DNA of 64,000 nucleotides from Calditrichia bacterium. GTDB taxonomy: Bacteria > Calditrichota > Calditrichia > JAJRVZ01. This document shows, in pieces, positions 55,850 through 64,000 of this stretch. Within the stretch, counting starts at the first letter, position 1. Every line of letters begins with the position of its first letter. The stretch is taken from the NCBI GenBank assembly GCA_963777955.1, contig CAVZSQ010000015.1, positions 192,001 to 256,000 of the forward strand, given 5' to 3'. Below the pieces are notes generated by a model, which ran no database searches, was not told the DNA's origin, and was given only the letters and a program-made list of their open reading frames with translations. The position numbers and the translations under genes are program-made.

Positions 55850-56563
55850 TTATTCTGCATTTTTATCCCAGATCAGGATTCTGCCGCAGGATTCACAGTG
55901 GAACATCCGTTTCATCCCGCGAATCTCCACCACTGTCTGGGGAGGAATAAATGAATAGCACCCGCTGCAAACACCTCCATTGCAATAAGCGACGGCCATG
56001 CCCTTTTTAGCATCACGGATTCTCTCATAAGAATTGATCTGCTGGCTGGTTAAATGGTCGGCAACAATGCTGCGCTCCTGGCGTAAAAGATTTTCTTCTT
56101 CGGCCGATGCCGATATTTTTTCCTGCAATACGGCATTATTTTCATCAAATTCCTTCTTCAACTGAACCAATTCCTTCTCGATTGTTTCATTCGAACCTGA
56201 TAATTTTTCCATGGTCTCCTGGGAATGCAAAATCTTATTTTCAAGTTCCCGGATATTTTTCTTCACATTATCGGTTTCATTGGCTATGGCATCGTACTCT
56301 TTATTGGTTTTTACCTTATATAACTGGTTCTCGTATTTTTCCAGCTGATTATTATGGGTTTTTAATTCTAATTCCAATTTTTTTATTTCTACTTTTAGTT
56401 TGCTGAATTCTTCTTTCTGCGCTACCACCTGGTTTTGCCGTTCACTTATTTTATTCCGCAATTCTTCGACAATTCTGGGCAAATCTCCTTTTTCCTGCTG
56501 TACCTTGTCCAGTTTGAGATCAATTTCCTGTAACTCGATAAGAGAATACAATGTATTCTGCAA
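55850..56563 (-). CDS. C4-type zinc ribbon coiled-coil protein (CT398/CdsZ, DUF164-like)
   Basis: LIELQEID start, KTNKEY, long coiled coil, CSGC...CESCGRIL. Confidence 0.9.
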   Translation of the reverse strand: MQNTLYSLIELQEIDLKLDKVQQEKGDLPRIVEELRNKISERQNQVVAQKEEFSKLKVEIKKLELELKTHNNQLEKYENQLYKVKTNKEYDAIANETDNVKKNIRELENKILHSQETMEKLSGSNETIEKELVQLKKEFDENNAVLQEKISASAEEENLLRQERSIVADHLTSQQINSYERIRDAKKGMAVAYCNGGVCSGCYSFIPPQTVVEIRGMKRMFHCESCGRILIWDKNAE

Positions 56564-56583
56564 CTTTTTCCTCCCGCAACGCT

Positions 56584-56620
56584 AAAAAAAAAGTGCAACC
56601 AGCCGGTTTGCACTTTTTTT
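56584..56620. terminator. Intrinsic terminator downstream of the tRNA (A/T tracts on both sides)
   Basis: aaaaaaaagtgcaacc-agcc-ggtttgcacttttttt hairpin. Confidence 0.75.
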
Positions 56621-56686
56621 AAACTGTATACTGAATCAGATTACTTGTCTTGTTAGTTTTTGTTCCCATAAGTACAGTCAAAATTG

Positions 56687-56760
56687 TGGGCCCACAGGGA
56701 CTTGAACCCCGGACCAGCCGATTATGAGTCGGCTGCTCTAACCAGCTGAGCTATGGGCCC
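56687..56760 (-). tRNA. tRNA with CAT anticodon, most likely tRNA-Ile2 (lysidine type); CCA not encoded
   Basis: GGGCCCATAGCTCAGCTGGTTAGAGCAGCCGACTCATAATCGGCTGGTCCGGGGTTCAAGTCCCTGTGGGCCCA cloverleaf; D-arm and anticodon arm resemble Ile2; lacks the GGG/CCC anticodon stem and C1:A72 mismatch of initiator tRNA. Confidence 0.9.
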
Positions 56761-56824
56761 CTTTTTCGTTATTTAGTGACCTCAAATCAGGCGATTGTTA
56801 ATTTAATTGTAAACCCTTAAAAAA

Positions 56825-59272
56825 TCAAGCCTTGCCTGATCTTTTACTGCTTTCCGGGTTGACCATGATCATGTTCTGCTCAACAGTGTTACTGAAACGC
56901 TTCAATTGTTCAATGCCCTGCTTTACTCCTACGACCAGATAGGGAGCCCTCATAACTTTGTTATCATTGCGGACTTTAATATCTTCAGTTGTTGCTGAAA
57001 TATGTATCAAAAGATTACAATCAGCAGGCATTTTATTTTGTTCTGTAAAAAAATATTTTGGTTGAAAGGCAAAATACTCATAAAAAAAATCCTGTATATA
57101 AGAAAATTGTCCTTTAAGGACAGTAGCGATCGCTACCGCCAGGCACCCGGAACTGTTCATAACAGAATAATAAAAAAGTTTTTCCCAAAATGGATTAGGG
57201 CAGCAAGTGAACTCCATGGTCTGCTTCAGGTTTTTTACGCTGAAGGTCACTGCGCGCACCGTTGCCGGAATGTTTAGTGAACTCCGGATACCATGCTGAT
57301 GGCTGCCACTCAGACAGTGCTGCCGCGAACCATAACTAAAATTGATCTGGTCAATAAACTGATTGTGGCGATTTTTTGACCAGCCCGCCAGTTGGATCTG
57401 CCGGACAGCGTGCCGCGGCCATAAATGCATCTCGCGGCCCTGCCGGTCCCAGATTTTTATCAGCATTTCGGGATCTGTATTTTTTACCTCGTGATAGTGA
57501 ATCATTTTCTGATGGGCCGGCCAATCGCTGACCTGGCCATCTATGCTTAAATCTGCAGTACTCTTTCTTTTCTGAATGGTGATTTGGTACCGCCGCTTTT
57601 TAAATATCCACCTGAACCTTATGTCGCTGCACTGTACTTCTGCTTTAGGCCACAGCCAGGGCCAGGAAACTCTATAACCGGAACTGTGTATTTCCATGCG
57701 TTGGTCGGTCGGGGTATGCTGCGGATAAAATGGTACATCAGCATAAACCGAAATTTGGTGCTGACCGCTATCCACAAAACAGTGAATCCTTTTATCAATC
57801 CTGAAGCGGAATTTATCAGCTGAAACATACTGTACATAGAAACGTTGGCCGAATCTGCTCAGACGCAATGAACTCTGATCAAATAAATTTAAATTCTTGC
57901 CGGTATAATTTTGCTGGGACCCGTCCTTAAAATTAAAGGCTGAATCCGTATTAAAACGCTTTTGTATTTGTTGCTGCAAAAGAACAAACAGACGTAGAAG
58001 CGGGACAGTTACTTTCTCCTCAATCTTACCGGCTAATGTGTTAGCAAATGGGAAATCATGATAAAGACTGAGCAGATACAGAATTATAAATTTTTCCGGA
58101 TTCGATTTTAATTCCCTGATCAATCTGCTTTCAAACAGCGGCAATGATAAGCGGTTCCAGCAGCGTTGAACAGTATCGGCTGTGATGTCGCTGGCGACTC
58201 CGCCTGAAAAATAACTCCGGTACAGAATCTGCTCTGCACTTAATTCAGCGCTGTTTGTTTCTGCGCAACCGGAATTCTCCAGGCAACCCCGGAAAAGATC
58301 GTCAGCATCGAATTCCGCACCCGGCAGGGCGTGTTCAGCAACCTCTGTACTTAAAGAATTTCTGAGGCGGTAAAATATAAACAGCAACCGGGAAGATTTT
58401 TTAACTGTATTAAAATTGTCCTGCAGCGCCTGGTGGATTTCCCGCAGCAATTTCCAGTTATTGAAATAGAGGGCAATTTCAACCGCCCAGGTCAGTATCA
58501 GTTGATAACGTTGTGGATTATTTAATATTGTCCGGGCGATGTTCCAATCGGGAGTTATCGCTTTTTGCCGTGTCCACCATTCATCAAGTTCACGCTGAAC
58601 CGTACGATCGTTAGTGGAATAATAATTTCTGATATGTTGGTGATCTGCCGTCGCGGTTAAAGATTTAAGTAATTCATAAATGGGTGTGTCGAATGCTGTG
58701 CTGGCCGGATCATCGTTCAGAGAAATGGCCACCAGCAGATAAGCAATTTGCTTGGAAGCGGAGTGGGTTTTTAGTATTAATTCATTTTTCCCGCTCCCCA
58801 GCTGAAGGTCAGACTGAGTCGCCCAGCAATAATTACCGGTCTGAAAAACATTCTGACGAAGTTCCAGCACAGTTTCTGATTCGGGAAAAGAAATATGTAC
58901 AGTCTGCTCAGATTCCTGTTTCTGTATAATAAACATCCGGTATAATTTTACATCCTTGCCCCAGTCATAAAAATCGATAATATCGGCTATAAAGGAAGGT
59001 GAACTGAGATAGGAATGATAAAAAGGAGTACCGGCAATCCTTTTTATGGAGCCCAGAACTGTTGCTGATCCATCTTTAACGGGAATAGAAAATACTGCCT
59101 GTTGGGGCGCTTGCTGATCCGATTGCAAAGTAACCTGCAGCGGATTGGTTATTCCCAGTGTATCGTGCTGCAGCAACAATGACAATTCAAGACCGCCGAT
59201 TTCAATTTGATTGTTGCGGCAATCCGGACTGTTAAATGTTTTTTCTGCAATCCATTTTTGAATGGTTTCCAA
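56825..59272 (-). CDS. Large hypothetical protein (815 aa), no recognised motif
   Basis: Long uninterrupted ORF co-oriented with rseP; the true start may lie slightly upstream. Confidence 0.65.
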   Translation of the reverse strand: METIQKWIAEKTFNSPDCRNNQIEIGGLELSLLLQHDTLGITNPLQVTLQSDQQAPQQAVFSIPVKDGSATVLGSIKRIAGTPFYHSYLSSPSFIADIIDFYDWGKDVKLYRMFIIQKQESEQTVHISFPESETVLELRQNVFQTGNYCWATQSDLQLGSGKNELILKTHSASKQIAYLLVAISLNDDPASTAFDTPIYELLKSLTATADHQHIRNYYSTNDRTVQRELDEWWTRQKAITPDWNIARTILNNPQRYQLILTWAVEIALYFNNWKLLREIHQALQDNFNTVKKSSRLLFIFYRLRNSLSTEVAEHALPGAEFDADDLFRGCLENSGCAETNSAELSAEQILYRSYFSGGVASDITADTVQRCWNRLSLPLFESRLIRELKSNPEKFIILYLLSLYHDFPFANTLAGKIEEKVTVPLLRLFVLLQQQIQKRFNTDSAFNFKDGSQQNYTGKNLNLFDQSSLRLSRFGQRFYVQYVSADKFRFRIDKRIHCFVDSGQHQISVYADVPFYPQHTPTDQRMEIHSSGYRVSWPWLWPKAEVQCSDIRFRWIFKKRRYQITIQKRKSTADLSIDGQVSDWPAHQKMIHYHEVKNTDPEMLIKIWDRQGREMHLWPRHAVRQIQLAGWSKNRHNQFIDQINFSYGSRQHCLSGSHQHGIRSSLNIPATVRAVTFSVKNLKQTMEFTCCPNPFWEKLFYYSVMNSSGCLAVAIATVLKGQFSYIQDFFYEYFAFQPKYFFTEQNKMPADCNLLIHISATTEDIKVRNDNKVMRAPYLVVGVKQGIEQLKRFSNTVEQNMIMVNPESSKRSGKA

Positions 59273-59331
59273 ATCCGGCCTGATTGAATTTATATTTTCG
59301 GCTATAGGAATATTGCTTATCCACCTGTTCT

Positions 59332-60639
59332 TTATAGCAGCAGGCGCCTGATGTCAAGATAAAGAACGTAGACTATCAGGCTAAATAATATTGCCATACC
59401 GATCTGTTGTACTACCAGTTTGACTTTTACTGATAACGGTTTCCGGGTAATAGCCTCGATCAACAAAAAGGAGAAATGCCCGCCATCGAGTGCCGGTATG
59501 GGCAGAATATTTATAACAGCCAGGATCGCACTCAGCGAAGCGATCAAGGTCCATAACGCTTCCCAGCCTATTTTGGCGGCTTCGCCGGCAATTTTACCGA
59601 TAGTAATCGGTCCGCCGAGAAGTTCACTGGCTGGTTTGGCTCCGCTCAGTACCCACCAGAAACTTTTTATATTTAAGGCGATTAAATTAATTGTATCGTC
59701 TAGGCCATTAATAACAGCTTTTGGCAAAGTAACCTGATGGTACTCCACATACGCTTCCACACCAATTTTTCCAACGGTAATTGAATCACCTTCATTTACT
59801 GACTGTGGTGCGAGCCGGGCACTAAATGTTTCCCCGTTGCGGTACCAGCTCACCAGGATGGTGTCGGCGGGATGACTGCGAATAAGGTTGGTCATCTCTA
59901 ACCAGTTCTTAACCGGAGTGCCGGCGATTTGTACTATTTCATCACCGTATCTCAAACCCGCCCGTGCTGCGGGCATACCCGGAACGACCTTACCCACTCG
60001 CGCCGAAGACATATAACCGATGTCAAGAAATTCCGCATTTTTATCTTTAAACCATTCTTGCTGATATTTGAGTTCCATATCCTGGTTAGCGCGACTGATT
60101 TTAAATACTATATCCCGGTTCAGGTTGTTAATAAATTCCCGGTTGACCGCTTCCCAGTTTTTGACCTCGACTCCATTAATAGCCAGTATCCGGTCTCCCA
60201 CCTTAAATCCAATACGCTGGGAGATACCCTCCGATCCAACTATACCAATTTCAGTAAAGGGCGTAATTTTTTCACCCTGTACATAATTCAGAATGGTTAA
60301 CACCAGGATCGCCAATAATAAATTCATGACCACACCGGCGACAATTATAATCATTCGTTTCCACACGGGTTTGGAATTGAACTCATAGTCTGCACCGGTA
60401 AGTTTGGTATCCATACTTTCATCGATCATGCCCGACATCTTGACATATCCACCGATTGGAATTGCCGAGATGCAATAATCGGTATCCCCTATTTTACGGC
60501 CAAAGAGCCTGGGTGGAAATCCGATCGAAAATCTTTCTACCCTTACCCCCATCCACTTGGCGGCCAGGAAATGACCCAATTCATGAATGAGCACCAGGAT
60601 TCCAAAAACAAAAATGATCGCTAATATAGTTATACCCAT
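59332..60639 (-). CDS. rseP: RIP metalloprotease RseP
   Basis: HELGH, FSIGF, GGYVKM, two PDZ domains, NILPIPALDGGH. Confidence 0.96.
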   Translation of the reverse strand: MGITILAIIFVFGILVLIHELGHFLAAKWMGVRVERFSIGFPPRLFGRKIGDTDYCISAIPIGGYVKMSGMIDESMDTKLTGADYEFNSKPVWKRMIIIVAGVVMNLLLAILVLTILNYVQGEKITPFTEIGIVGSEGISQRIGFKVGDRILAINGVEVKNWEAVNREFINNLNRDIVFKISRANQDMELKYQQEWFKDKNAEFLDIGYMSSARVGKVVPGMPAARAGLRYGDEIVQIAGTPVKNWLEMTNLIRSHPADTILVSWYRNGETFSARLAPQSVNEGDSITVGKIGVEAYVEYHQVTLPKAVINGLDDTINLIALNIKSFWWVLSGAKPASELLGGPITIGKIAGEAAKIGWEALWTLIASLSAILAVINILPIPALDGGHFSFLLIEAITRKPLSVKVKLVVQQIGMAILFSLIVYVLYLDIRRLLL

Positions 60640-60680
60640 CTCTAACCTGCTTTCAGCATAATTTCCTGTTTAGAATAACG

Positions 60681-61857
60681 TCAATTTTTGACATTTTGTT
60701 TCCGCGCGATGATTTCCCGGGCATTTTTACGGGCCTGCTGATCAGCGCTGATACAATCATCCAGGGTGCGGATTTCCTGCGCCTGATGAGCGGCCAGTAC
60801 CGTTTCAATAATATGGGGTATATCAAGAAAACCGATCTCATGGCCGAGAAATGCAGCGACAGCGATTTCATTAGCAGCATTCATGGCCGCGGGATAGGTC
60901 TTGCCCGCTTGCAGGGCCTGATAGGCCAAGGCCAGACAGGGAAATTTTTCAAAATCCGGCGGCTCAAAGGTCAAAGGCTGCATGCTTGTATAAATCCATT
61001 TGTAATTGCTTCATTGGCAGGCGTTCCGGATAACTCAGAGCATACTGGATGGGAATTTTCATATCCGGTACACCCAGTTGTGCCTTAATTGACTGATCGG
61101 CAAATTCAACCATTGAATGAATGATCGACTGCGGATGAATGACCACCTCGATTTTTTCAGCCGGGACATTGTACAGCCAGTGGGCTTCGATCACTTCCAG
61201 CCCTTTGTTCATTAAAGTAGCAGAATCAATGGTTATTTTTGCTCCCATCTTCCAGTTAGGATGATCCAGGGCCTGTTCCGGTGTTACTTCTCTGAGCTGC
61301 ATTCTGTCTGTATTTCTGAAAGGACCGCCGGATGCAGTCAGGATAATACGTTTAATTTCATTTTGTTCCTCTCCGCGCAGACACTGCCAGATTGCACTGT
61401 GCTCACTGTCAATGGGTAATAATTGCACCTGCTGACGTTGCAGCAGGGTCTTGATTAGTTGCCCCGCAACCACCAGTGTTTCTTTATTTGCCAGTGCTAT
61501 GGCACTACCATACTGAATGGCCTGGATCGTCGGTCGAAGTCCTGCGAAACCGACAAAAGCATTTAAGAAAATATCCGGACGACAGACCTGTAAAACCTCG
61601 TCCAGTCCTTCGCTTCCGTACTTTAATATCGTCCGGCCGGACTGCCTGATCTCTCCGCACTGTCTGAAAGCGTCAAGATTATAAATGACCGCATATTCCG
61701 GCGTAAACTGTTTAATTTGTTCGAACAGCAGGTCGATGTTCTGATTGGTAACCAGGGTGCTTATCCGGAATTTATCCGGATGCGCCCGTACGACTTCAAG
61801 TGTACTTTTCCCGATAGAACCGGTTGAACCGAGTAGAAATATTTTTTTCATTATCAT
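60681..61857 (-). CDS. dxr: 1-deoxy-D-xylulose-5-phosphate reductoisomerase (frameshift near 60975)
   Basis: [51 protein letters not shown]-terminus LTFEPPD..KFPCL..NAANE in the next frame. Confidence 0.96.
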
Positions 61858-61893
61858 GTTCCAGTATGACCATGGGATAGCAGCGCTGATCCA

Positions 61894-62775
61894 TCAGAAT
61901 GAAATCATCAAGCCGCCGGCGATTGAATTATAAAATCCCAGATTATAATCAAGATGTACATTCAGGATCATCAGGGTGTAACTTAAACCCAGGCACATCC
62001 GCCAGATGTTTTCCCCATCCATCGAGATTACACCGATGGCATTGTTGCCGACCCCCTCCAGCCTGGCAGTGTCAAACTTCAAGGCGGTTATTTCATAACC
62101 CAATCCACCATAAAATTCCAGTGATTTATTCAATACAGGACCGGAAGCCTGGATATTCATACCGAAAGTAGCGGAATTCAACCAGCTTTCAACCTTCATC
62201 GTCTGATAAATCGCCTGGACACTGACATTAAGCGCCATCAGGTATTTGGGCAGCATATCGGTAAATCCGAATTTAATCCCGGTTCCCAGCAAACGAATAT
62301 CACCAATTTCTTTCCAGTGGTACTGCGATCCACGGATTAAGAATTCCACATTCGAAGTCAGACCTAAATTTAACTGGAGTTGAGGAAGATAAAACTCCTT
62401 TAATCCGCTGCCTGAAATTCCACTTGTATCTGCGGCCGTCGAAGATTCACCTCCCAGGAAGGTCGGTTTCAGTTCTCCACTGAATCGGAAGGTTTTTGCT
62501 TCTGTTGGAATTTTCAGGTAAACAGCTGTCAGGCCAAGATCCAGATGTGGAAATTGCTTGATATAACCGCGGTGAAAAAGCCCTCCGGACATGGCTGAAC
62601 CGAAAACATTTACCAGGGATTGTGTATAGCCGGTCAGGTAGTTTTGTCCAAGCCGGTTATTCAGAATAGCGGCTAATTCAGTTTCAAGATCATTTTGTTC
62701 CTGGGCCAGCAAGCTCCCGGAATTACCGGTAAAAAATATCCCCCCTAATACAATCAGTATACCTATGCGTTTCAT
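61894..62775 (-). CDS. Secreted/outer-membrane beta-barrel-type protein (DUF6588-like)
   Basis: Signal peptide LLA|QE, alternating beta-strand pattern, C-terminal Phe (GLMISF). Confidence 0.6.
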   Translation of the reverse strand: MKRIGILIVLGGIFFTGNSGSLLAQEQNDLETELAAILNNRLGQNYLTGYTQSLVNVFGSAMSGGLFHRGYIKQFPHLDLGLTAVYLKIPTEAKTFRFSGELKPTFLGGESSTAADTSGISGSGLKEFYLPQLQLNLGLTSNVEFLIRGSQYHWKEIGDIRLLGTGIKFGFTDMLPKYLMALNVSVQAIYQTMKVESWLNSATFGMNIQASGPVLNKSLEFYGGLGYEITALKFDTARLEGVGNNAIGVISMDGENIWRMCLGLSYTLMILNVHLDYNLGFYNSIAGGLMISF

Positions 62776-62821
62776 AACTAATCTTTCCGCTCAGAAATCA
62801 TTCAACTTTGCTGGATTAAAA

Positions 62822-63637
62822 TTACAGTGGTATTATAAAATTCCGGACTTTTGTTCTTTCCGTTTCGGTTACATCTTTAAAATTTATAGAAATAGTAAGT
62901 GATAATTCAAGCTGTTTTATCATAGATTCTATTATTTTTTCAGTACTTATATGATCAGGTCTGATCTGCCCCAGTGTCATGGTCTTGGTGTCAATTTCTG
63001 CCATAATGCGTTCACGCTGTTGCGTTGAACTGCTGATGAATTCAGTCAGACGAGCGTGAGTGTTCCCGAGTAAAATAGAACCGTGCTGCAGAATGCAGTT
63101 CGGATAGATTCTCTGAGCACTGCCTGCCACTTTTTTCCCCTGGTATTGGATCTCACTGTAGGCTGAATGAGTAAAACATAAGAAATCCTCGGCCGCGGCC
63201 CGTGGAGTCGGGAGCTGAGTATGTAACTGCTGCGGAGTTACAGAAAAACCCAGTGATTGCAGAGCTGCAGTAATTACACCATGCAGGAATTCATATAATT
63301 CCCGTGGTGGCATAAAATCCGGAGCAAATACAGCACTGTAGGTCAATTCCTCGGCGTGCAAAATTGCCCTTCCGCCGGTTGGACGGCGGACCATGTCATA
63401 TCCTGCCTGTGTTAACCGCTGTTTCAGACTAAGATCGGCGGCCTGGTGAAAACCCAGGGAAAGACAGAATGGCTGCCAGCCATAAAAACGGATAATGCCT
63501 GAATCGTGCCGGTCAAAACTGCTGGCCAGATAATGATCAAAGGCCATATTAAACTGACCGGTGTATGATTGGTAGGGTATGTACCGTATTTTTAAGACAG
63601 GAGTACGATCAGGTTTTGCGGATGACACCACGCTCAC
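62822..63637 (-). CDS. Lipoate--protein ligase A / LipM family protein
   Basis: NMAFD, RFYGW, LSLG, VRRPTGGRAILH, KKVAGSAQ, LQHGSI. Confidence 0.9.
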   Translation of the reverse strand: MSVVSSAKPDRTPVLKIRYIPYQSYTGQFNMAFDHYLASSFDRHDSGIIRFYGWQPFCLSLGFHQAADLSLKQRLTQAGYDMVRRPTGGRAILHAEELTYSAVFAPDFMPPRELYEFLHGVITAALQSLGFSVTPQQLHTQLPTPRAAAEDFLCFTHSAYSEIQYQGKKVAGSAQRIYPNCILQHGSILLGNTHARLTEFISSSTQQRERIMAEIDTKTMTLGQIRPDHISTEKIIESMIKQLELSLTISINFKDVTETERTKVRNFIIPL

Positions 63638-64000
63638 ACGATTTGATAAAAGTCAGAATATACTGAATCTCAGGGCTGGGCGGTAATTCATCTTCGATTT
63701 TTTGCAGCGCTTCTTTAAGCAGCAGTTTGGATTGAAACAAAAAACGATAGGCCTTTTTTATCTGGTGCATTGTTTCCGGGGTAAAACCACGGCGGCGCAA
63801 ACCGATCACATTCAATCCACCATAGCGGATAGGTTCGCCCAGGGCCAGGATATAAGGCGGAATATCCTTGGGTATTTTGCAGCCTCCGGCGATGAAGCAA
63901 TGACTGCCGATTTTTACGAACTGGTGAATTGGTACTAATCCGCCGATTCCTACAAAGTCTCCCACGGTTACATGTCCGGCCATGTTCACGCTGTTTGCAA
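63609..64000 (-). CDS. lpxA: UDP-N-acetylglucosamine acyltransferase, C-terminal part (5' end outside the window)
   Basis: AGHV.VGD, HQFVKIG, KDIPPY, GLNVIGLRRRGF, ERGVIR. Confidence 0.95.
   Translation of the reverse strand, partial: ANSVNMAGHVTVGDFVGIGGLVPIHQFVKIGSHCFIAGGCKIPKDIPPYILALGEPIRYGGLNVIGLRRRGFTPETMHQIKKAYRFLFQSKLLLKEALQKIEDELPPSPEIQYILTFIKSCERGVIRKT

Noticed and set aside
55405..55954. Plus-strand ORFs 55405-55662 and 55709-55954
   Set aside because: Antisense to RNase P RNA; no protein features.
56687..56760. tRNA-Met (initiator or elongator), or an integration site for a mobile element
   Set aside because: Sequence features match Ile2 better; no integrase and no duplicated tRNA 3' end seen in the window.

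Overview
Bacterial chromosomal window, mostly on the minus strand and dominated by housekeeping genes: asnS, gpsA/plsY, purM, fadD, mrfAB-like helicase/exonuclease, pcrA/uvrD, mltG, trpD-like, purA, secDF, ligA, smc, nadK, xseAB, bS22, mltD, rfaE1/E2, ggt, recJ, rnpB, tRNA-Ile2, rseP, dxr, lpxA. Gene content (GWxTD protein, Bacteroidota-type bS22, split RfaE, many lipoproteins) suggests a Gram-negative FCB-related lineage such as Calditrichota/KSB1; this is inference only. Many core genes (ligA, secD, secF, purA, purM, smc, dxr) carry frameshifts, most likely indel errors of a long-read assembly rather than true pseudogenes. The stand-out feature is a ~6.5 kb block (4350-10850) between plsY and purM. 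In transcription order it has four tandem 18-bp palindromic sites and a sigma-54 (-24/-12) promoter, a B12-binding radical SAM enzyme, an unannotated 39-aa ORF with a strong RBS and a signal peptide (predicted mature QCQRIAARTIE), an orphan OppA/DppA-family binding protein, a HAMP histidine kinase and an NtrC-type sigma-54 activator. This layout fits a self-inducing signalling (quorum-sensing-like) circuit based on a radical-SAM-modified peptide. A second oddity is an operon with an apparently catalytically dead PdxJ homologue next to a GH2-fold membrane protein lacking its nucleophile.
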